Positions 19,222 to 29,777 are shown, counted from the stretch's first letter. The stretch is DNA of 48,891 bases from Candidatus Multivoradales bacterium (GCA_965248925.1 CBDFLE010000003.1:1-48891); one strand, 5' to 3'. Numbers and translations: made by a program. Notes: a model not told the origin generated them from the letters alone.

Positions 19222-21963
19222 ATGAGCGAGAGCCTCAGAACACGCCTCAGCCGCTGCGTTGTCCGGGTGGGAAGCGACTCGAAGTTCGGCACGGGCTTCT
19301 TCGTCGCTTCGAATCGGATCGTTACCGCAGCTCATGTGCTCGTACCGGCAAAGCCAGGAGACACTGTGCAACTAGAGCAGGCTGGCACGGTTTTCTCCGG
19401 CAAGATACTCCACCTCGGAGATCCCTCTGCCGACGATCTCGCCCTGCTCGAAGCCGATCACGACGAAGAGGTCTGGGCTTGCTTCGGCACAGGTGCACAC
19501 CTCGGAGATCGCTTCTACACCTTCGGCTTCACGCAGGACCATTCTGGAGCTGAGTCGGTCACGCTCTCCTTCGAGGGAACCGCCACGCGCGGCGGCGTCG
19601 AGTTACTCAAGTTTAAGGAGGGGCAGCTGGAGACGGGGATGAGCGGTGCGCCGGTGCTCAACCTGCGCACAGGCCTGGTCAGCGGCGTGCTCGTCATCAG
19701 CCGGAATCGCCGAATGGACCTGGGAGGCCTCGCCGTACAGGCACGTACCGTGCTTGAGACGATTCCGCAGCTTGAGCAGACCGGACGGATCCATTTCGCA
19801 AGCGCACGGGCCTGGAAGCGACTGGCTTCGCCCTTCCGAGGGATCGATCTCTCCACCGAGGCTTACCACGAGTGGCTCTTTCCGCAGGATCCGATCGATG
19901 TCGAGGACGCCTTCGTCGAGCCCGCCTACCGGCTGATCGAGTACCGGGAGTTCGATCGCTTCGAGCCCTCGCCCAGAGACTTTGTCGCTGATGCCATCTC
20001 CATCCTCAAGTGCGAGGAGCTCTTGTTCATTTTCGGGCCCTACGGCTCGGGAAAGACTCTCCTGACGAAGATCCTCCAGCGCCACCTCTGGGACCAGGGA
20101 TACGAGGTGCACTTCTTCCGCTGTAGCGATCTCTACCAGCGAATCAAGGTTCTCGAGCGCTTCTCGGCAAAGCAGGAGCCCGAGGACCCTCCCATGGTGA
20201 TCGCTCTCGATGGCTACGACGAGACAAACCTGCTGCGTCGGGACCGCAAGGGGGTCAAGCGCGAGTTCCTTCAGAGGATCGTCGAGATCTCCAAGAACCC
20301 AGGCGTTTTCCTGATCCTGAACTCCCGGCTCATCCCTCTGGATGAGGAGAGCATCTACTTGGGGATCAGCGGGCTGCTCTACGACGAGCTCCGTGCTGAG
20401 GTCACGACGTTCATCGAGCTCGATGCCTTCCGCACCCAGCAGATCGAGCAGTGGCTCAACGCGAGCGCCAACGAGCACGCCAAGCGGGGAAGCGAGGAGC
20501 GCCTCTTCCGCTCCGACCTGCGCCACCTCCACAAGCACCTCGCTGCCGCCTGCAAGAACCCGCTTTTTCTCTACATGCTCTCGACCCGCTTCTATGAGAG
20601 CGGGTTTTCGGGCATCGAAGATATCTACGAGCTATACCGCTCGTTCGTCGACAAGACGGTAACGGGCAAGTTTCGCGGCGAGCGCTCCAAAGCTCGCTCG
20701 ATCGCCGAGATCTCGAGGAGCTATCGCCGATTCTTGAGAGGCATGGCGCTTGAGATCAGCGCGGCCAACGACTTCGTGTTCGATGCGAGCAACCTGAACG
20801 CCTGGAACCTCGATCCTAATCTCGAGATCTACTCGATCTCCTACGAGAGGGTCCAAGACACCGTGGACCGCACGGCCCGGGAGATTCTCGCTCCCAAGGC
20901 TCTCGAGGACCTGCTCGAAGAGCGCCTGACCTGGAACGTACTGACCTGCTACTTCCTCGAGGAATCCGCGGGCCGGTGGCGGTTCAGCGACAACAACATC
21001 CTCTTCTTTCTCAATGCGGAGGTCTTCCTCGAAGCACTCGCAGGCGCTGCCGGAACCGACTCCGACCAAGACCCTCTCGCCACCTTTCCGCAAGCTCTGC
21101 GCAGAAGCGTTCCGCTGCATCCGCTCTCAATCGAGCTCTTGATGTCTCGGCTGGTTTCGATGCCACCGAGACAGCAGCAGTCCATCCGGGACTTCCTGAA
21201 GGCCCTGGTCGAAGACCAGCGCCTTCTGAAGCTCTGGCGGGCTACCGAGCCCGCGCTGTCTGCCTCCTATCGGCGCATCGAGACCGTGATGGCTCTCGCC
21301 TTCCTGAAGCTCTATCAGGGCAGCCACCAGCTCATCCCGCGCTTTCTCCCTGAGCTCGGAAAGCACGCCCGGGAGCTTGCCTACCTGGACGAGGTCGCCT
21401 TCAACATCTTTCGCGCCTTTTTCCGCGGGATCACAGTCAAGCACGGCTTCTTCGAACTCCAGAACTTCTCGGGATTCAACTTCCAGCGCTCCCGCTTCGT
21501 CGCTACCCAATTCGACATTTGCGACTTCATCGACCCTGCTGCGGACGGGCTCAAGCTCGAAGCCTGCTGCTTTCGCCTCTGCAAGCTCGAGCCCGTGCGA
21601 GCCCGCGAGATCTCCGGATCGGCCCGCTTCGTTCAGTGCACGGTCGATTTAGAGATCCGGGACCCAGGCAGCCTCGAGCTCGAGTTCGACCACTGTCACA
21701 TCAAGAACCTCCACCTCTACGCCAATCGGCGCTCGAGCGAGAACAAGGTCCAGATCGCCTTCGCCAGCTGCAAGATCGACCACCTGATCCTGAGGAAGCT
21801 CGACATCAGCAGCCTTGAGATAGCAGATTCCATCTACCCACAGCTCAAGCTTGAGGGCTCCCGTGCTCGCGTGAACATCCAAGACTCCGAGCGCACTTCG
21901 CGGAAGGTGCTCGGAACCGACGGCCAGAGCCAGGTCACTCTGAACGGAGAGCGCGTCGGCTAG
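19222..21963 (+). CDS. Trypsin-like serine protease fused to NACHT/STAND NTPase and pentapeptide-like repeats (NLR-like)
   Basis: Triad TAAHV / DLALL / GMSGAP; Walker A GPYGSGKT, Walker B IALDGYDE, LILNSR, KNPLFL; C-terminal FSGFNFQRSRFVATQFDICDF-type repeats. Confidence 0.85.
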   Translation: MSESLRTRLSRCVVRVGSDSKFGTGFFVASNRIVTAAHVLVPAKPGDTVQLEQAGTVFSGKILHLGDPSADDLALLEADHDEEVWACFGTGAHLGDRFYTFGFTQDHSGAESVTLSFEGTATRGGVELLKFKEGQLETGMSGAPVLNLRTGLVSGVLVISRNRRMDLGGLAVQARTVLETIPQLEQTGRIHFASARAWKRLASPFRGIDLSTEAYHEWLFPQDPIDVEDAFVEPAYRLIEYREFDRFEPSPRDFVADAISILKCEELLFIFGPYGSGKTLLTKILQRHLWDQGYEVHFFRCSDLYQRIKVLERFSAKQEPEDPPMVIALDGYDETNLLRRDRKGVKREFLQRIVEISKNPGVFLILNSRLIPLDEESIYLGISGLLYDELRAEVTTFIELDAFRTQQIEQWLNASANEHAKRGSEERLFRSDLRHLHKHLAAACKNPLFLYMLSTRFYESGFSGIEDIYELYRSFVDKTVTGKFRGERSKARSIAEISRSYRRFLRGMALEISAANDFVFDASNLNAWNLDPNLEIYSISYERVQDTVDRTAREILAPKALEDLLEERLTWNVLTCYFLEESAGRWRFSDNNILFFLNAEVFLEALAGAAGTDSDQDPLATFPQALRRSVPLHPLSIELLMSRLVSMPPRQQQSIRDFLKALVEDQRLLKLWRATEPALSASYRRIETVMALAFLKLYQGSHQLIPRFLPELGKHARELAYLDEVAFNIFRAFFRGITVKHGFFELQNFSGFNFQRSRFVATQFDICDFIDPAADGLKLEACCFRLCKLEPVRAREISGSARFVQCTVDLEIRDPGSLELEFDHCHIKNLHLYANRRSSENKVQIAFASCKIDHLILRKLDISSLEIADSIYPQLKLEGSRARVNIQDSERTSRKVLGTDGQSQVTLNGERVG

Positions 21964-22058
21964 GAGTCTGAGTAGCAATGGAACAGAAACGTACGCTAAG
22001 CCGCGAGGATTTCTCTACCCAGGGTCCCGGGCATAATCGCCCAAAAATATACGCTCAG
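21963..22058 (+). repeat. Two orphan Tn3-type IR remnants (21963-22000; 22021-22058)
   Basis: ggagtctgagtagcaatggaacagaaacgtacgctaag resembles the 18244 IR; agggtcccgggcataatcgcccaaaaatatacgctcag resembles the 34157 IR. Confidence 0.6.
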
Positions 22059-22149
22059 CTTCCTTATGAGCCCGCAGCGATCCTTTGCATCGCAGCCTCG
22101 ACTTGAGTTCTGACAGCAGAGTTTTCGGGTTGCAGGGCAGCGGTGGAGA

Positions 22150-22485
22150 CCCAAGAGCCTGAAGCACCAAGGCCAGGTTCGATCGACGGATGGCCACTTC
22201 GGGATGGTCTTCGCCGAGGTTCTCAAGGTCCGACGCCAGCGTCTGCTCAAGAAGCCCCTTGGCGCCTTCAAGATCCCCAAGAGCTTGAAGCACCAAGGCG
22301 AGCCTCGTCCGGTGGATGGCTACTGAAGGATGCTCTTCGCCGAACGAATGAAGGTGCGATTCGAGAGCAAACTTGGAGAGCTTCCTTGCGCGAGCAAGAT
22401 CCCCGGCGGAGTGAAGCGCGAGCGCGATGCGCCTGGGCAGCTCTGTTCTCGCAGAATCCTTAGCATTCAGCACCGCCGGAGCCAT
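22150..22485 (-). pseudogene. TPR (kinesin-light-chain-like) protein fragment
   Basis: Two to three GEEHPSVAI..LALVLQALGDL repeats, then an unrelated tail; bounded by IR remnants. Confidence 0.7.
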
Positions 22486-22584
22486 GCTGACCGCAGCATC
22501 CAGATGACCCCGGTTCGGTAAGTAGGGCCGGAAGCCGTCCGCAAGCTCGATCTGCTGAGCGGAGGAGCTCAGGGCGGATAATCT

Positions 22585-22622
22585 GCTAGCGTCAATTACT
22601 GTAGCTTCAGGCCTCGAAACCC
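22585..22622 (-). repeat. Degenerate Tn3-type IR remnant
   Basis: gctagcgtcaattactgtagcttcaggcctcgaaaccc is similar to 37607-37644. Confidence 0.5.
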
Positions 22623-22887
22623 TTCTAGAGCCGCCGCTCTGTGGCCTGCGGTGGCGGATTCTGAACCTTGCCTTGGTTGGCTCGGGTCGGGCGGTGAGTT
22701 CGGTCCGCAGTTGCTGATACGGGCTCCTGGTAATCTGAAGGCGAAACCAGCGTTTCTTAAAACTTTTTGGGCTCAGCTGTGGAAACAGGCGAGCGTGTCC
22801 CGCCTGTTTCAGGCCAGCTTGTAGCTGGCGGCCGGCAGTGCCCTAACTTCTGCATGTCAGCAGAACCACACAGGGGGATCCGAAAGA

Positions 22888-25800
22888 ATGTTCCACGATT
22901 CGATGAAAGCATGTTTGCTCTCCGTCTCGGTGGTCTGGGCGCTGTCGCTCGGTGCCGCTCCTGCGTCGGCGCAGCCGCCGGCCGGCTACTACGACACTGT
23001 CGACATCACCAATGGCACGACTCTGCGGCTGACGCTGCACGACGTGATCGACGACCACACCCGATTCCCCTACACCGCCTCGACTACCGACACCTGGGAC
23101 ATCGTCAACCTCGCCGATGAGGACCCCAACAACACCTCCAACATCATCGACCTCTACAAGAACGCTAGCTACACCAAGATACCCGGTGGCGTCGGTGCCT
23201 ACAACCGCGAGCACAGTTGGCCAAAGTCCTACGGCTTCCCCAACGACGGCACTGACAACTATCCCTACACCGACACCCACCACCTGTTTGCGTGCGACGG
23301 GGGATATAACTCATCGCGCAGCAACAAGCCCTTTCGCTATTGCGACGCCTCCTGTTCCGAGAATCCAACCGACTTCAACGATGACCGCGGGGGTGGCACC
23401 GGCCTCTATCCCGGCAACTCGAACTGGACCTCCGGCTCCTTCGCCCAAGGCACCTGGGAGACCTGGGACGGCCGCAAGGGAGACGTGGCGCGAGCCATCT
23501 TCTATATGGACCTGCGCTACGAAGGCGGCAACCACGGCGGCACCGGCATCGCCGAGCCGGATCTGATCGTCACCGACAGCGAGGCGCTGATCGACAGCGG
23601 CAACACCGGCGCCAACGAGTCGGTGGCCTACATGGGCATGCTGACGGTGCTCTTGCAGTGGCACGCGCAGGATCCGCCCGATAGCCGTGAGCTGTGGCGC
23701 AACGAGATCGTGTTCAGCTTTCAGGGCAACCGCAACCCGTTCATCGACCACCCTGAGTGGGTCGAGTGCCTCTACAACGACCTTTGTGGCGGCGATGGCG
23801 ACACCACGCCACCCGCACCGCCCACCGGCCTGGTCGCGGTGGCCGGCACCGGCTTGGTCGACCTGATCTGGAACGCCAGCCCGGAAAGTGATCTGGCCGG
23901 TTACCACGTCTACCGTGCGACGAGCAGCGGCGGTCCCTACGCCCGGGTCACCGGAACGCTGCTGACGAGCGCCTTCTACACCGATAGCGCCGTAACCGAC
24001 GGCACGACTTACTTCTACGTCATTCGGGCGGTCGACACCTCGGCCAATGCAAGCGGCGACAGCACCGAGGCTTCGGCAACTCCGACCGGCGGCGGTAGCG
24101 GCGGTGGTGGCGACCTGCTGCTCTCCGAGGTGCTCTACGATGTCTCGAGCGGCGATGACGGGTTCGAGTGGGTCGAGCTACTCAACGCGGGTAGCTCCGC
24201 GATCGACCTGTCAAGCTTCTGCCTCGGCAACGGCGGCACCAGCTACACCTCGAGTACCGCCCAGCTGGCGGGCACCATCGCCGCCGGTGAAACCTTCGTG
24301 GTCGGCGGTCCGACGTCTAGCTCCACCAACGGCAATCCGGTGTTCGATCAGGTGCTGAACTTCAGCCCCGACTTCCAGAATTCGGGGACCACCGGCGACG
24401 GTGTGGCGCTCTTCGATGTGCCCTGCGCCCAAGTCAGCGGCGCTACAGTGCCAGTGGATGCCGTGGTCTACGGCACGAACAACAACAGCGGCTTGATCGA
24501 CGAGACCGGGACGGCTAACGCCCCGGAAGTTGGCGACGCGTCAGCGGGCTCCTCGATCGAGCGGCTCGATCTGGTGGGTGCGTGGCAGATCCAGAACGCT
24601 CCGACCCCCAACAGCTCACCAGTGGGGCCTCCGGTCGGCAACCAGGCACCCAGCGCGACCATCCTTGGGCCGTTGAACGGGGCGGCGGTTGGCGAGGGTT
24701 CTGCGGTCAGCTTCTCCGGCTCGGCCACTGACGTCGAGGACGGCAACCTCACCAGCAGCCTAAGCTGGAGCTCAAGCCTCGATGGCGTGATCGGTTCCGG
24801 CGGTGCCTTCTCCGCCGTGCTGTCTGTCGGTAGCCATACGATCACTGCCTCGGTCATCGATTCCGGCGGTCTCAGCGGGTCTGCCGTGATTACCGTCACG
24901 ATCAACCCCAACTCCGCTCCCAACGTAACGATCACCGCGCCGGCTAACGGCGCTTCGTTCGACCAGGGCACGGCGATTTCATTCGCGGGCTCAGCCAGCG
25001 ACCCGGAGGACGGCAGCCTGACCGCCAGCCTCAGCTGGTCGTCGAATCTCGACGGCGTGATCGGCGCTGGCGGCTCGTTTTCGGCGGTACTGTCGCTCGG
25101 TTCGCACACCGTCACCGCGTCGGTGACCGATTCCGGCGGCCTGGTCGGCTCTTCAGCGATCAACGTCACCGTCAATGCGGTGTCCGGCAGCGCCGGGGAT
25201 CTGCTTTTGAGCGAGGTTCTCTACGACACCAGCGGTACGGACGACGGCCTGGAGTGGGTCGAGATCTACAACAACGACACGGTCGCAGTCGACCTGGCGG
25301 GCTTCAGCCTGGGCAGTGGCGGTAGTGACTACACCACCAGCACGCTGCAGCTCTCGGGCACGATTGCGCCAGGCGCGACCTTCGTCGTCGGTGGCCCGAC
25401 GTCGAATGCCACCAACGGCAATCCGGTGCTCGATCTGGCAGCGAACTTCAACCCTGATCTACAGAACTCGGGCACCTCCGGTGACGGAGTGGCGTTGTTC
25501 AACTTGCCCGCTACGGCAGTCACCGCGGTGACGGTACCCATCGATGCTGTGGTCTATGGACCGAACAACAACAGCAGCCTGATTGACGAGAGTGGCGCTG
25601 CCAACGCCCCTGAGGTTGGCGACGCACCGTCTGGCTCTTCGATCGAACGGCTCGACCTGGCCGGCAACTGGCAGATCCAGTCGGCCCCAACGCCCAACGC
25701 GACACCGCTCAACCCACCGGTGAATACTGCGCCGAGTGTGACCATCAGTGCGCCAACCGGGGGGTCCAGCTTCGACCAGGGCAGCTCGATCAGCTTCGCT

Positions 25801-26583
25801 GGCTCGGCTACCGACGCCGAGGACGGCACCTTGTCCGCCAGCCTCTCCTGGGCATCTGACCTCGATGGCGTCATCGGCAGCGGCGGTTCGTTCTCGACCT
25901 CGACCCTGTCGGTCGGTACCCACTCCATCACTGCAGCTGTGACCGACTCCGGCGGTCTGGGTGGCTCGGATCTCGTCGTCGTGACGATCAACGCCGTCAG
26001 TGGCCCGGTGATAGTGACCTTCACCTCGGTCGCTGACGAGGACGGCTGGGTGCGGGAGTCGAGTGAGAACTCAAACACCGGGGGCCGCAACAACAGCAGT
26101 AACTCCGGAACCGGCGCGCTACGGGCTGGTGACAACCGAAGGGACCGCCAGTACAAGGGGATCGTTTCTTTCGATACTTCGTCGATCCCCGATGGCGCCA
26201 CCGTGCTGTCGGCAACGCTCAGGCTGCGCCGCGGCACGGTCAACGGGAGCAACCCATTCAACACCCATGGCGCTTGCTGGGTCGATGTCCACTCAGGCGG
26301 CCTGGGTGGCTCGACGGCCCTCGCCAACGGCGACTTTGAAGCCGTAGGGGACGTTGCAAAGACCGCCAACCTGTCGAATCCCGCGGCGAATGGGGACTGG
26401 TCTGAAGGCAGCTTCGATCCGGTTGGGCTCACCGCGGTCAGCAAGACCGGTACAACGCAACTACGCTTCTACTTCGATCTCGATGACAACGACGACCGGG
26501 GCAACGACTACGTCGGTTTCTACTCGGGAAACAACGGAACCTCGACCAACCATCCGCAGCTGGTAGTGACCTACCAGGAGTAG
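22888..26583 (+). CDS. Secreted multidomain nuclease: endonuclease I/Bsn-like domain, Fn3, two lamin-tail domains, three PKD/Ig-like domains, C-terminal beta domain
   Basis: Signal peptide (AAPASA-Q); NREHSWPKS, D.HHLF..D..YNSSRSN, KGDVARAIFYM, QGNRNPFIDHPEW; repeated LLLSEVLYD...EWVE and FSGSATD.EDG modules. Confidence 0.9.
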   Translation: MFHDSMKACLLSVSVVWALSLGAAPASAQPPAGYYDTVDITNGTTLRLTLHDVIDDHTRFPYTASTTDTWDIVNLADEDPNNTSNIIDLYKNASYTKIPGGVGAYNREHSWPKSYGFPNDGTDNYPYTDTHHLFACDGGYNSSRSNKPFRYCDASCSENPTDFNDDRGGGTGLYPGNSNWTSGSFAQGTWETWDGRKGDVARAIFYMDLRYEGGNHGGTGIAEPDLIVTDSEALIDSGNTGANESVAYMGMLTVLLQWHAQDPPDSRELWRNEIVFSFQGNRNPFIDHPEWVECLYNDLCGGDGDTTPPAPPTGLVAVAGTGLVDLIWNASPESDLAGYHVYRATSSGGPYARVTGTLLTSAFYTDSAVTDGTTYFYVIRAVDTSANASGDSTEASATPTGGGSGGGGDLLLSEVLYDVSSGDDGFEWVELLNAGSSAIDLSSFCLGNGGTSYTSSTAQLAGTIAAGETFVVGGPTSSSTNGNPVFDQVLNFSPDFQNSGTTGDGVALFDVPCAQVSGATVPVDAVVYGTNNNSGLIDETGTANAPEVGDASAGSSIERLDLVGAWQIQNAPTPNSSPVGPPVGNQAPSATILGPLNGAAVGEGSAVSFSGSATDVEDGNLTSSLSWSSSLDGVIGSGGAFSAVLSVGSHTITASVIDSGGLSGSAVITVTINPNSAPNVTITAPANGASFDQGTAISFAGSASDPEDGSLTASLSWSSNLDGVIGAGGSFSAVLSLGSHTVTASVTDSGGLVGSSAINVTVNAVSGSAGDLLLSEVLYDTSGTDDGLEWVEIYNNDTVAVDLAGFSLGSGGSDYTTSTLQLSGTIAPGATFVVGGPTSNATNGNPVLDLAANFNPDLQNSGTSGDGVALFNLPATAVTAVTVPIDAVVYGPNNNSSLIDESGAANAPEVGDAPSGSSIERLDLAGNWQIQSAPTPNATPLNPPVNTAPSVTISAPTGGSSFDQGSSISFAGSATDAEDGTLSASLSWASDLDGVIGSGGSFSTSTLSVGTHSITAAVTDSGGLGGSDLVVVTINAVSGPVIVTFTSVADEDGWVRESSENSNTGGRNNSSNSGTGALRAGDNRRDRQYKGIVSFDTSSIPDGATVLSATLRLRRGTVNGSNPFNTHGACWVDVHSGGLGGSTALANGDFEAVGDVAKTANLSNPAANGDWSEGSFDPVGLTAVSKTGTTQLRFYFDLDDNDDRGNDYVGFYSGNNGTSTNHPQLVVTYQE

Positions 26584-26814
26584 GTGTCAGATTTGCAATG
26601 GCGGTGCGGGCTCCGAGCCCGCCCGCCTAGGTGTCATGAGGTGCTCGGCTGGTCAATCACGACTGGTTCGTGCCGCCATCAGCTCCCCAGCAGTCTCACG
26701 CAGTCCGGGGAGCTTGGGGTAGCGGGCGCATTCGTGCAAAAAGTTACGGTTTCTCGCGCCTCCGGGCTGCTGAGACGCTCGCAGAGCGTAACTTTTCGCA
26801 CGAGAACGGGTGGC

Positions 26815-29757
26815 CTATGAGTCGTCTGTGTCGATGAAGTAGGTGCCATTGGGCATGACGTGCTTGAACGGTAGCAACGAGATGTGGGAGAGCTCCTCGT
26901 CCTCGATCGCCTCGCCTTCGGCGCGAAGCCGGTCGACGGTCTGCCCGATCCTCACGGTGTTCCAGTAGAGGATCGCGTTCGAGACGAGGCTCAGGCAGCT
27001 CGCCTTGTTCATGATCTCGATGTAGTCGCCGGTCTTGAAGTCGCCTTGGTCGGCGAAGTGGATCCAGCGCGAGAGTCCTTGGCGGTGTTCGCCTTTGTTC
27101 AGCTGCCGCTGGACAGCTCGGCGGAGTTCTGGATCAGTGCAGTAGCGCAGGATGTAGTTGGTCTTGACGAGTCGGCCGAGGTGGCGAACGGCGTTCGAGA
27201 GCCGATCGTGAGGTGATCCGAGGGTGAGTCGCTGAACCACGACGTGCGCCGGCGCTGTGCGAAGCCTGAGCGACCAGGCGATCTGCATCATCGGATCCCA
27301 CTGCTCGGCGATCAGATCGAGGTCGACTGTGTTCTTGAGCAACGATCCGAAGTCACCTTCAGCCCGTCGCCCCGAGGGTCGGTATAGCTGTTGACTCTTC
27401 AGGTCCTTGATCCTCGGCATGAAGAAGTAGCCGAGAAGGTAGCAAAGGCCGAAGATGATCTCGGTATAGCCGTCCGTGTCTGTCGTGTGCTTCCCGGGGC
27501 GGAGGATTGTGTTGTTGTTCAGCAAGCCGTCGAGTACGTAGAGCGCCTCTCTCGGCCCGCACGAGATCGCGCGGGTGCCGAATACGGAGTACTGGTCGGA
27601 GATGTGTGTGTAGATACTGATGCCCTTCTCGTAGTACCCGAAATACCGTGGGTAGTACGAGGCGAGGAGGCTATCGGCTCGGATTCTGAAGCGCTGCGCA
27701 TCGGAGGACGACGTCTCGCCGTCCCCGTGGACCGAACTCAACGGCAAGCCATGATGCGCGTCAACGATGACTGAGTTGGCTGTCTGGATCGTCTCCTCGC
27801 GAACGTAGTGCTGGAGGACTCGACGGAGCATGTCCAACGTCACCTTCGGGACGCTCGCACTCATCGAGACCACGCCAAGGTTCGTCGCTTGAGAGATGAT
27901 CGCTGAGAGCAACGATCGGTAGAACTGCTTCGGCCGCGACTGATGGTCCTCGAGAGGAACGAAGCACCGCGAGAATCCCGTGGCACGATCCACATCCATC
28001 AGGAGCTGCTCGACTCGAACCAACGGCAGGCTCGCGTCGATGGTTTGTTGCAGCCGGCTTGGCGGCAGCTTCTTTGTGTCGTCGCGGCGTAGCTTGAGCT
28101 TGCCGCTTTCGACTCGGGCGAAACGATCGACTCCGTACCGACCGTTGGCCCGACGCAGAGCGTCCTCGCACTCACCAACGAGCCGATCACACACGCCATC
28201 CGATGTCGGGTGGCCGAGATCGTCGTACGAGTCCTCTTTCTCTTCGCCCCACCGCGTTTCACTGAGCAAGAGATCCCAGAACGAGACGTGCTCTTTGCTG
28301 TCCGGAATGTAGACGTCGCCCGAACGAAGTGAATCGCGAAGCGCGATCGCTAGGCCGGTCTCCCACGCGTTCCGGTTGAGCGAACCCGGTCTTTCTCCGG
28401 TCAAAGCCCCACGGAGCTCTCCCGGTACGAAGCTGCGCGGAGCGTTCGCCGGCAGGCTCTTGAGTTCCCCGTCGTCGAGCTGTCGCACGATCTGAATCGC
28501 CTTGAGCAACTCCTCGCTTCCGGCCTCGCCGGCGAACGGGAGGCGGACGAACTCTGCGAAGTACTTGCGAAGCGTGGGATACCGAGCGACCAGGCGGCTT
28601 CCGAGGCCATGCTCCTCGACCCACTGAAACTGCTTGAGGTCTTCGACCGATTCCCTGAGCCTCTCCTCCTCGGCCGAGTCCCAGAAGGTGTCCCGGGTTC
28701 GCGCCTCGTCCTCGGGCCAGGCCAGCAGTGCGTGCGTCGTGCGAAGGACCGCGTCGATGGCTCTTTTCTGTCGCTTCCGGAGCGCTCGGTACTGCTCCTC
28801 GTGCGCGGACTTCGCGTCGCGCCGCATGTCGAGCACGTACTTGTCGTGCATTTGAACGAGGTGGTCGAGAAGCGTCTTGCGCCGCTCGGAGAGAAAGCAA
28901 GTCATCAAGGCGTACCGCTTCGGATCGCGGAACCGTTTCAGGTCCGTGGCGTCGTACCCACGCGCAGTCTCAGCTAGGTAGGCAGCGAACGCGCCGTTGA
29001 TCTTCGGTCGCTCGAAGCCGAGTCGGAAGAACTCGTCGAGCTCGCGGTAGCGCTCAAGGTACCGCTTCATCGCGGCGGGAGTCGGGGACGGAGGGTACTC
29101 CTTGAGGCGACCGAAGAACGAGCGTTGATCTTCTGGCGGTGCCTCAAGGAAGGAGTCGATGCTCCGACGGAGTTCGGGAGCTAGTCCAGAGACGATCGAT
29201 TCGAAGAGCTGAGCGTGCGCCGCGTTGCAGACCGTGTTGACCAGACGATCCAGAGTGGAGGCCGCCGGGAGAACGATCCGCGTCCTCAAGAGCCGCCGTT
29301 CGGCCCGCTCGAATAGCGTCGCAGGGAGATCTCCATGATGGGCTTCGCCATCGAGCCAGTCCGTGAGCTCGTCTCGTGCGGTTTCGTCGAAACGCTGAAA
29401 GCCTGCGAGCTCGAGGAGCTTCCCCTGATGCTCTGACCGAGTCGCCTTCCTTTCCGGGGCCTCGACAAAGAGTGGCGCCGGCTGTCCGAGTTGGACGCAG
29501 AGATGGGCGACGATCTTCGGTGGCGCGTGCGTTGGGTCCCTCAGGAACCGACCGAACAGGCGCAGGGTGCATAACTGCAGCGCATTCGCCAGGCGATACC
29601 GACTCCGGAAGCCGCCACGCAGGTCGTCCACGTCGACTGTGTCGAGCGACCAGTTCCGCGTGAGTTCGTCATCGGACAACCGCTCTGGGAGAACGATCGG
29701 TCGCCGACGTCGTCGAGGGACCGGGAGATGCTCGTGAATGGGTTGGGGTTCGCGCAT
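26815..29757 (-). CDS. tnpA: Tn3-family transposase
   Basis: 980 aa; SSSDAQRF, HTTDTDGYT, QLNKGEHR DDE motifs. Confidence 0.95.
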   Translation of the reverse strand: MREPQPIHEHLPVPRRRRRPIVLPERLSDDELTRNWSLDTVDVDDLRGGFRSRYRLANALQLCTLRLFGRFLRDPTHAPPKIVAHLCVQLGQPAPLFVEAPERKATRSEHQGKLLELAGFQRFDETARDELTDWLDGEAHHGDLPATLFERAERRLLRTRIVLPAASTLDRLVNTVCNAAHAQLFESIVSGLAPELRRSIDSFLEAPPEDQRSFFGRLKEYPPSPTPAAMKRYLERYRELDEFFRLGFERPKINGAFAAYLAETARGYDATDLKRFRDPKRYALMTCFLSERRKTLLDHLVQMHDKYVLDMRRDAKSAHEEQYRALRKRQKRAIDAVLRTTHALLAWPEDEARTRDTFWDSAEEERLRESVEDLKQFQWVEEHGLGSRLVARYPTLRKYFAEFVRLPFAGEAGSEELLKAIQIVRQLDDGELKSLPANAPRSFVPGELRGALTGERPGSLNRNAWETGLAIALRDSLRSGDVYIPDSKEHVSFWDLLLSETRWGEEKEDSYDDLGHPTSDGVCDRLVGECEDALRRANGRYGVDRFARVESGKLKLRRDDTKKLPPSRLQQTIDASLPLVRVEQLLMDVDRATGFSRCFVPLEDHQSRPKQFYRSLLSAIISQATNLGVVSMSASVPKVTLDMLRRVLQHYVREETIQTANSVIVDAHHGLPLSSVHGDGETSSSDAQRFRIRADSLLASYYPRYFGYYEKGISIYTHISDQYSVFGTRAISCGPREALYVLDGLLNNNTILRPGKHTTDTDGYTEIIFGLCYLLGYFFMPRIKDLKSQQLYRPSGRRAEGDFGSLLKNTVDLDLIAEQWDPMMQIAWSLRLRTAPAHVVVQRLTLGSPHDRLSNAVRHLGRLVKTNYILRYCTDPELRRAVQRQLNKGEHRQGLSRWIHFADQGDFKTGDYIEIMNKASCLSLVSNAILYWNTVRIGQTVDRLRAEGEAIEDEELSHISLLPFKHVMPNGTYFIDTDDS

Positions 29758-29777
29758 GGCAACTCCCCCCGGTGAGC

